From contig CM030333.1 in assembly GCA_017654855.1 (NCBI GenBank), forward strand, positions 1,860,001 through 1,924,000: 64,000 nt of DNA, read 5' to 3'. The position numbers and the translations under genes were made by a program. Source of the DNA: Podospora anserina. Taxonomy: Eukaryota. Every line of letters starts with the position of its first letter. The first letter of the stretch is position 1. Under the pieces are notes generated by a model that saw nothing but the letters and a program-made list of their open reading frames with translations, ran no database searches and was not told the DNA's origin. This document shows positions 11,492 through 20,120 of the stretch, piece by piece.

Positions 11492-14420
11492 CTTGGGGGG
11501 TTTCTGGGCGGATACCTAGGCTCCGTGAGGTGTGGGAGAGTATTTGCATCTGTTGTTATGATTGTGTCGGTGTGGGGGTGGTCGTGAAAAAGCCGTTCTT
11601 CGTGGGGGGTTGGAAGGGTTGGCAGATGGGAAAAAGAAGAAAAAAGATGTGTTTGAATAAAGAACGAGGGAAGATAAGACACTGTCTTTGGCTTGTGTAT
11701 CCTGCTTAGAAGAAACTGGGTAAGATTGCTGCTTCGGCCCAAGACAAAAATAGCACTGTATATGTTGAAATATCTACTATTCTTGGTGCAAGAGAAGATA
11801 GAGATACCTTTGAGAAATGTGATTGCAAAGAAGAAATTGAGTTCGCAGTTGGAAAGACAATCTCTGCTTTGGCACGCAAGTGAAACCCAATTCATTGCAG
11901 GAACCATCCTTCTGCTGCCCCAACAATGAGGGAAAGAGCGGCCCCGGATGAGGCACCCAGTATCCACCCTCATGGGCGCTAGGGAACGAAAAGTCGGGGT
12001 TGTCCCACGCCATTTACATTCTACTATGGGGTGGATGGATGTTTGGGTCATTGACGCCATGGTCATAATACGTAGCCGCGGTCGAAGCCACCAACTGGTG
12101 GGGATAGGACGTTTTGCCTTGCTCACGTGGATGGATACGAGCGTTGGTTGTTTACTAGCATGGATACTGGTCACGAATTTAGCCCTTTTTCCCTTTTCTC
12201 AACGGTGGAGGCTGTTGCCACTTACATTTACAATTGTCTAGGCAAGAGAGAGAGATCATGGAACATGTCATGAGGGAGGAAGAACAGTTTGATGTCGACG
12301 ACAAAACATGTCCAAGAGATACGATAATAAGATGAAAGAGAAAAGGAAAGGAAAGAAAAGAAAAGAATCATCTGAAAAACAAAGGGCCCTGGCCTGACAC
12401 TGAAAAAGGGAGGCAACCAACTGGCCAGCATCTCCCTGGCCCAGGTCAAGCTTTGTTTGATCTTCCCGTCCTGCTCTTCCCCTTCACTCTCCAACCAGCT
12501 AAGCCATCAATGACATCAACATCATGAATCCAACCCCCGTCTCTCACAGACGGAATCTCGCCAAGCAGTGGCATACCTAGACCATGGTCTGATTTTCAAA
12601 AAGCCTCCTTCCTATCCTGATAAGATCCGCTTAAGCTTTCATGTCCGCCGCCGCAACACCAGGTGGGAGTCAAGGGAGTAGCGTGGTTGATAGTTCCTCC
12701 ACCTCAACACCCCACCACGGGTCGCGTCCACATGTCTGTGTGAAGTGATGGCACAAAGCTGAGCCATGTTGTGCCACGGGACTTTTGGCAACCCCTCTTC
12801 TCCATACGGAATTCAACTGGCGCACGCCATCTGCCGCCTTCCCCGGCACATCAAAAAATCCATGGTAAATATCCCACCTGGAAGCCCACTGTCTCACAGG
12901 GATTGTGATATCCAGTCGGGTTTTTGCCTTCGGAGGAGGAGGTGGCTGGGTTGGGATTCGCTACACTTACGGAGTACTACTTTGTCGTTATCAATCAGTC
13001 ACCCACAACATATGTTGTATGCAGTGTCGATCTCGATAGGGCCAGGGGTGCCCAGCAGCCGATCCCCCTTTAGTGCTGATCATGGATCTTGACGCGGGCT
13101 CTAGTCCCAAACCGGCAAAGTGTGAACCCCACAGAAGCACTGCTTCTGCATTTTCGAAGCACTGGCACTGGCAACCGGAGGTGGCTGTGTTGACTTGAAG
13201 CTTTATGCCTCCCCTCATCGTCAGCACCAACCCCAGCCTGCGAAGGAGCAATCGATGACGTTCATCAACATGATACTTTTTTCCCGCAAAGAGGCTCGAG
13301 ACATTGACGCCTCACAGCCTCAGGAGCGCATGGTTTGGACCATGTCCCTGTCCCTGTCCAAATGGTCGCGACGAGACATCTTCTCCGCCTTTTGCCCGTC
13401 CATCGTACTTTGGTAAATAGTGGCGGTGCACAGCAGGCTCTGCTTCAAACAGGTCTGCACCTGAGCCTTTTTTGCTGCCGTCCCTGTGTCGCGTGTCGCA
13501 TGTCGGATATCTTGCAGGTCTCAGTCGGGGGTTTGGGTTGGTAGGCATATCGAGATTTTTGGCATGCGGAGGCGGAGCTGTCTTGGAGCATGTGTCAACC
13601 CTAGTTCTCCTGAGCCTTGTGCGTGTGAGCAAAACAAGACGATAGAAACCAAATAATCGGATGCTCGGCGAAGTCCTCTTCAGCTGTGGGTAGCTTCGTG
13701 CGAGTATCGGGCCTGGGATTGTCGTTCAAAAATACCCGAGGCGGCGCAAGGTCCCGACCGTTCGGAGCTGTGTGCCGGAGCTGCGGAGCTATACCAGCTG
13801 CTTCTTGGAGCTATCGGGTCCGCGCCGAGACCAACTGCAACTCAACCCGGCGCCCTGATTGGAGCAACCCTTGTCTCAAGAGATCTCCCTCTGCCGATGA
13901 CAAGCTTTTGTTCGCAAATCTGTAAATCGACGTTCCTGACAATACTTCACCCCGTGGACCAGCGCTTGTCTGTCTCAGCTTTGTGTCACGCTTGTCTCGA
14001 GCCCGCTTCCAGCACTGGCCACGTTTTCTGTACAACTCCGTCTACCACAATCCTCCATGAAGCCGGGACTCGTCTTTGCGCACGGGTGGCATAGGCGCCA
14101 CGTGCGTTCACCGGCTGTAAGAAGCGTGCTGCTCGTGGTAGTTGATGACTTGGGGTTGAACAATGCCGTAGATGGCTGCCAATAATTGGGACCCAGACTG
14201 CTGACGCGACAGATTGGGCCCCTCATGGCGGCCATACTTCCTCGTTCTGTTTGGGGCATGTACACCGTCTTGACCTGTTGGTCACTTTCTGGGAATACTG
14301 TTCCACTTGTCAACTCCAATGGCGCGAGAGGTACTCAGCCTCACGGGGTAGGGCATCAAGACGGCAAACTCATGAGCAGTCAACGTCATCCTCACCTATC
14401 GATGCCTCCATCGAGAGTCC

Positions 14421-14427
14421 TATATAA
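14421..14427 (+). promoter_or_regulatory. Probable TATA box for cluster member B
   Basis: TATATAA directly upstream of an 866-nt ATG-free stretch leading to ATG 15326. Confidence 0.5.
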
Positions 14428-15325
14428 GACGCAGGTCGTCCTCCCTGTCGAGGCCGATGTGATCTGCATCAGCATCACCAGCTTCCCAAGTCGCCTTTGT
14501 ATCCTCACTCGCCTCCATCCGCATCGATCCTTCAAACAAACATCATCAACACATCCACCACGAGATCAACGGCGGCCCACCTAAAATTCCCACTTGGGGC
14601 TAGAACCAGTTCGACTCCGCTCATTACCAACCAACTCAGGGCTAGACTGAACTGTTGCCTTCTGAACCTCTCTTCTCTTTGAAGGCTTTGGTAAGATACT
14701 CTGTCAATAGAGATCTAGCGGCCGAGCTTTCTCCAAGTCGGTGGCGGACAACAAGAAACCATATTGACTGAGACCTTGTCTACAGCTTAGGCTCTTTTAC
14801 TTCGAGTTCAACAAAACCCCCTGTGACAACGTGGATATTGACTGGCTGGGCCACCGGCTTCACTCAAGCCTTGAGACAATTGTGCAACCATCAACCACTT
14901 GGGTGCCAATTTAGCAACGAAGATCACAACTTCAGCGAAAACGCCATATCAAAACCGCCTCCGTATCCGCTGCACAGCAAACACAGTATCAGTTCGAATC
15001 TCCACACAATCTCGCCAACAGTCTCCGACTTGTCTCTCAATCCCACAAAGCCAACTTGGCTGACTGAAAGCTCCCTCTGGCGAACGCTGCTTTCCGAGAC
15101 AATTGCCTGATATTCCCTTTCCCAGCAACAAGTCTCAACATTCTGAAACGGGTTTGAAAACGCACACCCGAGATCTCTGTCCAGTTAAACCACTCTCGGC
15201 TCCATTGACTTCAAAGGAAGTTCGGATACGAGATACCAAGTCAGCTCAGGACAGGCGCAGTAAAAACAGGCGCAATCCGTGTTTCGGCATCACCAAACGT
15301 GAAAAACCAGCAAACCACAAACAAG

Positions 15326-15745
15326 ATGTGTACTTACTTCTATCTCCATCACCACCACATGCCACCCTGCACCCGCAACATCGACATGGTGGTACACTAC
15401 AGCTTCTGCCCCAACTCCACCATCGACAGTGCAGGTGCTCAGCAGCCGTGCGACAGCCCGCATTTTGACAACACCCAGAGCGTCGACTACAACGATCCCT
15501 GCGCCTCCGGTGGATGTCTCGTTTCGGCCGACTGCACCTCGGGCGGCTGCCGTCTCGAGCAACTCAACGGCCGTTGGGTATGCTGCCAGTGCAACGGCCG
15601 CGGCAATGAGTATCGCTGGTGTCGCCACCGCATGCGCAGCAGCCCAGATACCTTTTGCTACCACGTTTGCTGTAGTGGGTGCAAGGCCGATAACAAGTCA
15701 TCATCGTCGTCGAGTTCCAGCTCCAAACGCAAGGGTGCCAAGTAG
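15326..15745 (+). CDS. Met-Cys Cys/His-rich protein, cluster member B (139 aa)
   Basis: MCTYFYLHHHHMPPC...FC...CTSGGC...WVCCQCNGRGNEYRWC...CYHVCCSGC, followed by a Ser/Lys tail. Good start context (ACAAGATG) and C-rich third codon positions. Confidence 0.85.
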   Translation: MCTYFYLHHHHMPPCTRNIDMVVHYSFCPNSTIDSAGAQQPCDSPHFDNTQSVDYNDPCASGGCLVSADCTSGGCRLEQLNGRWVCCQCNGRGNEYRWCRHRMRSSPDTFCYHVCCSGCKADNKSSSSSSSSSKRKGAK

Positions 15746-16893
15746 GTCGGTGATAAAACTGAAGGACAGGGGCAAATTAGAACGTTGTCATGACGATATG
15801 AAAAGATGAAAAGATTTGGGTAGCCGAAGGATTTTGGAAGACTGGAAGGAGAGCAGAGGGGAAGCTCAGGTCAACCTTCACAACTCCGGATGAACCTCTG
15901 CGATAAACCCAAAGAGACCTCACCCGGCCCGACTTGACGGTGTCACCGCCGACACCTGTTTCTTCTTTCCGTCCCCTACCCGTTCTTGTTTCTGAAGACC
16001 GCTTGGGAGCGACAAATGGCGGCCGATGGAAATGTTGGGGCACGCGTGACGCGTGGAGGGCCCCGAACGAGGGGCCAATGTGAATGACCGATCATGAGAT
16101 TTGGGCGCTAGGTTTTGACATGATTATTTTTCTTTTCTCTTGATGGATCTCGTATGAGCTGGCCGGCCAGTGTGGACTAACGGCAACTTGGCATCTGTAA
16201 CCATCTCGGTGTTGTCGCGTGTTGATAGGCGAAGGTGCCCTAAACCCACCCACCCTTGAGACTTCAACCGGCCAGTGCTGTAGGGAACTTCTCAACACCC
16301 CTTCGGCAAGATTTGTGTATCTTTATCTTTCTTCGTGTAACAATAGCGGGCCGGATTTCCCCTTGAGGAAGGCCCAAGTTAGTGACTGCGATCAAGCGAT
16401 GAGGCTTTTGGTGTTTCACAGATCCTGCTGGTATTCTCGCTCGCGTTGGTTGCCCGAACCGACAGGTGAAGCTGCTTGATTCGATGGAGAAGAGATAGAT
16501 TGAAACCAGGAAAATTGCTTGGTCAGATCTGTTGACCCAACTGGTCAGTTCAATCCTCTAGTTCCATGCGGTATCCAAACGAGCTTCCGGTTTCTGCAGC
16601 CATGCTGCTGGCATCGAGGGTGGGTGGCCCGTTTGGAAGGCCACCCCCACCCTAATGACCACAGGTATTGACATCTTGCTTAAATATTGAATGATAATAG
16701 TGACTGATTAGTATGCCAAAAGGGCCGGCCGTCCTGGGTGACTTCTTTGCCATGGAGTCCTACACCCGGTCCAGAGGCATCAACACAACGCATAGACAAA
16801 CGGGAGGCTACCAGAGAAGTCGTTCGGAATGAAAACCAGATTCAGTAACTTTGGAAGAAACGATACAATGACTAGTTTCGTTTCGAAGAACGC

Positions 16894-16899
16894 TATAAA
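16894..16899 (+). promoter_or_regulatory. Probable TATA box for cluster member C
   Basis: TATAAA about 90 nt upstream of the putative 5'UTR intron 16985-17067. Confidence 0.4.
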
Positions 16900-17166
16900 G
16901 AAGATGGAGAGCGTCCACCGCTTGGTGGTTGAAATAACGAGGAGTATGGCGTGAGCGTCCTCTGATAAGCAAGCAGCAGCCCTGGTAAGAGAAGTTGACA
17001 CCCCTGAAGCACTCTTTCGGTGCCTGGGATGCATTCTGTGGCCTCGAATATGGCACTAACGATCCAGGTCTCAAGCCGAATTCAAAAAGGAGCGATCCAC
17101 AAGCCCCCTCCCCTCCCCAGCAGACACGACTCCAGACTCGACGACGTAGGGATCCGCGGCTGCGAA

Positions 17167-17688
17167 ATGTGTCATCAGGTAGCCTATGCCTTGCCGTGTG
17201 AGCACGTCAAGACGCAGATAGTCTACTGTGCCAATGCAATCCTCGAAAATAGTGCCGATGAGGGTGAAGTCCAGGGCAGCTCTGCGGCCCGATCTTCCTC
17301 GTCATCCGCAAAGCCGAAACACAAGACAAAGCCAGTTTCTGAGCCCTCGAGGTCCGATAGGAAGAACCAAGGCTCGGGGTCGCCGAAAGCCATGTCGTAC
17401 AAGCAACCCTGCGCCAACTTGACAATCCAGTCCTTGCCATACCCGATGCCGCCGTCTTTCGCAGAAAACCCCGACTTCTTCACGTCATCCCTGCCATCCC
17501 CCAACTGCCCACTGTCTGATTGCCCATTCGGAATGAAAGGTCGGTGTTGGACCTGTTGTTGGTGCGGGAAAGGCGAGAATAGAACTGGACGTTGTGGGTG
17601 CGTGATGCTTGTCGAGGGGAATATGTTGCGATGTGAACACTTGTGTTGTAACGAGTGTGAACCGACTAGCATAAGAGACAGTGTGTAG
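17167..17688 (+). CDS. Met-Cys Cys/His-rich protein, cluster member C (173 aa)
   Basis: MCHQVAYALPCEH...YC...CPLSDC...WTCCWCGKGENRTGRC...CEHLCCNEC. The upstream in-frame ATGs lie inside a predicted 5'UTR intron. Confidence 0.82.
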   Translation: MCHQVAYALPCEHVKTQIVYCANAILENSADEGEVQGSSAARSSSSSAKPKHKTKPVSEPSRSDRKNQGSGSPKAMSYKQPCANLTIQSLPYPMPPSFAENPDFFTSSLPSPNCPLSDCPFGMKGRCWTCCWCGKGENRTGRCGCVMLVEGNMLRCEHLCCNECEPTSIRDSV

Positions 17689-19479
17689 GACTGAGCAGGG
17701 AATCTGCATCAGGAAACCGGCGAGGCTTTCCTCATGTCTATGGATTCGTTGGATCGGGATAAAATGGTACGATGTGTGCATGGTAACGACAGCAGATTCC
17801 CTCCTTGCTTCCCAGCCGGCTTCTCATGAAATAGCAGGTGACCCATGTCTCTCGCGTCATGTATTCCAGTTCAGCCCGTTTTTTCCGAGGAGACGGGTAT
17901 CGAGAGGGCGTCTTCCGACCTGGCCAGGGAAGGGTCTAGGGGATATTTGAAACAAACCCAACTGTTTGTAACGTTGCTTTCCTGCCAGATCCTTTCAGCC
18001 GTTGAAAAGCCTATGTGTTGAACATGTCAACGACTCAACCTTGACTTGACGCAATCGTGGTTCAAGCGTGACAGACATCCGGATTCCGATCGAACACCTT
18101 GCAGCTGATGGCTTCGTGAAAACTTGCAACCGGAAGATATTGCCCTCTCTGGCACAGATCAGATCAACGTGGCGCGCGGCCTCGGATCAGGCATGATGCA
18201 CATGGACGATAGTCTCGTCTCATCACTTGCCCGCCATAAGCACTTCTCGAAGATCTAGGGACTTTGGTAAGCGTCTACGCTGCATGCGCGGAATCATGAA
18301 ATCTCTCCGCTGCAAGACATGGCTGGTTGGGAGATGCCTCCCACGACGCTTCCCACCCACAATGTAACTGTGATGACGCTGCAGATAATGCCAGGCTGCC
18401 AATGACACAATCTAACAGGCTGACCGATGAGTTAAATTTCGATAAAGATCGGAAACAGGACGTGTGATGTTCACGCCTAGCTGCAACCATGCGCTATGCG
18501 TGTAATGTGCAGCTTGCACTATCCAGGGCATCCAGAAATTGGCCGGGGGGGGAGGGCAGTAACAGGCAGAGTGTGATCGATAACCCAGCTGGACCCCTAT
18601 GAATTCTCGATGACCAAGGTTGTGCGAAAAATGAAGAACTGCGTTGAAATCTCGAAGAGATCGAACCTTTGACCCCATATTCGGAATGCAATGGCAAAGT
18701 GCCTGGCAACGTACAATCGATTACCGGGAGCCTGGTCGTTGGGTCAGATCGGGCAGCCGGGGGCAGGGGTTTCAGCAAACACTGTGCAACGGTAGACGTT
18801 GGTTGTTGTTCTGATTGGTTGGTAGCCCTGTACGAAGAAAGCAAGGCGAAGCGCCGCAACCTCACATCTCCGAAGACAGGCCCGAGACGAAATAGAACGC
18901 TACAGGCTGGACAGATCACGGATGATTGTCAGGCTCCCTGTGGGTGAATTCGTATCGGGAATGGGAGTTCTGAAGGTAATTCGAGGAGACAGCTGGCCAC
19001 CACACAGTCTTCTTTTCTTTTTTCCAGAACAAGGAGGGTGTCATGCTCACGATCGCGACACCCTCATGAGGCGTCAGGACTTTCAAAGCCAGATCGTGGT
19101 GGCGGTCTCGCAGTGCAGAATCATTTGTATGACTGGAAGTCACAAGGAAGGCGGCCAATAGATGGGCCTTGTCGAGTATCCTGAAGAACTAAACAGTTTC
19201 GAGATGGTGTCCATGACAATCTGGGGGGTGCCGAAGGTCTTCGGGAAAGGGAAAGGTATAAGATGACGGATACCGACATCTCTTCCTCATGAGTGTAGGC
19301 GTACACAAACCGAGATTTGTATCCTGAGTGACCACCTGTCAGCCTAGACACAACATCTCGTGGGCACGGGACAGAGCGGCTCAGTCGAAGACACACCTTT
19401 CACACTCAACTCCCTCTCAAGCCCTCTCTTGATTTGGAATCTCAAAGCACCTCTCGTGCTCCCACGCCCAATATCCACC

Positions 19480-20120
19480 ATGTGCCACGGACATCCGCAT
19501 ATCCACGGCTGTGGCCACCAATCCATGACTTGGCATTACTGCCCGTCAGCCCTGATCGACCTTGAGACGGGGTACGAGACAGCGTGCTCCAATGTCACCT
19601 TTGCTGCTCCCCAGCCATCCAATGCCGCCTGTGTGCTGATCAATTGCGATTACCGCAGTGGGGGCACAGGGTGGACGTGCTGCAACTGCGGAGGGCGTAA
19701 CACGAGCGGGTGGTGCAAGAACATGTCGCCCAATCCCAAATGGGAGAAGAACACGATCACCAACGAATGGGAATGGATCGAGACCTGTGACCACGGGTGT
19801 TGTCGGAATTGTGCCAAAGACTGTACGTCCTGACCCCCTCCTGATAACCCCCCCGGATTCCACTGTTCCATGGCCAAGCCCCAGGTGTGGTTCCTGACAC
19901 GCACCCAGCCTCGAGCAACTACGGCGAGCCCAGCCGCAAAGACGGGAAGAGAAGTAAAGATTCTCGAAAACACCGCCACCGAACACAAGGAGAAGCCGGG
20001 TCTTCTTCGGCAGCTGATCCCATGGCCTCGTACAACATCACGCTGGACTACAGCAGCAAAGAGTCGAGGGGATTGTCCCGGAAAGAGGGAAAGTCGTCCT
20101 CGGGGCACAAGAAGAAATAG
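19480..20120 (+). CDS. Met-Cys Cys/His-rich protein, cluster member D (2 exons, intron 19823-19908; 184 aa)
   Basis: MCHGHPHIHGCGH...YC...CVLINC...WTCCNCGGRNTSGWC...CDHGCCRNC, with a CCACCATG start context. A GTACGT...CTGAC...CAG intron joins in frame to a basic Ser/Lys/Arg tail ending GHKKK. Confidence 0.85.

Noticed and set aside
11437-14400. ORFs of 60-245 aa between members A and B, checked for a fifth cluster member
   Set aside because: None has the Met-Cys start or W-x-CC-x-C motif, or any coding bias. Treated as the shared divergent promoter region.
14610-15001. Two Pol III B-box-like motifs (GTTCGACTC at 14610, GTTCGAATC at 14992)
   Set aside because: There is no full T-stem, acceptor stem or cloverleaf, so these are not tRNA genes.
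16618-16652. GC-rich inverted repeat GGGTGGGTGGCC...GGCCACCCCCACCC
   Set aside because: Only 8 bp are perfect and the sequence is low complexity, so it is compatible with chance.
17020-17166. ORF-track N-terminal extension of member C
   Set aside because: Its starts lie within a well-formed predicted 5'UTR intron, and the paralogs all begin at Met-Cys.
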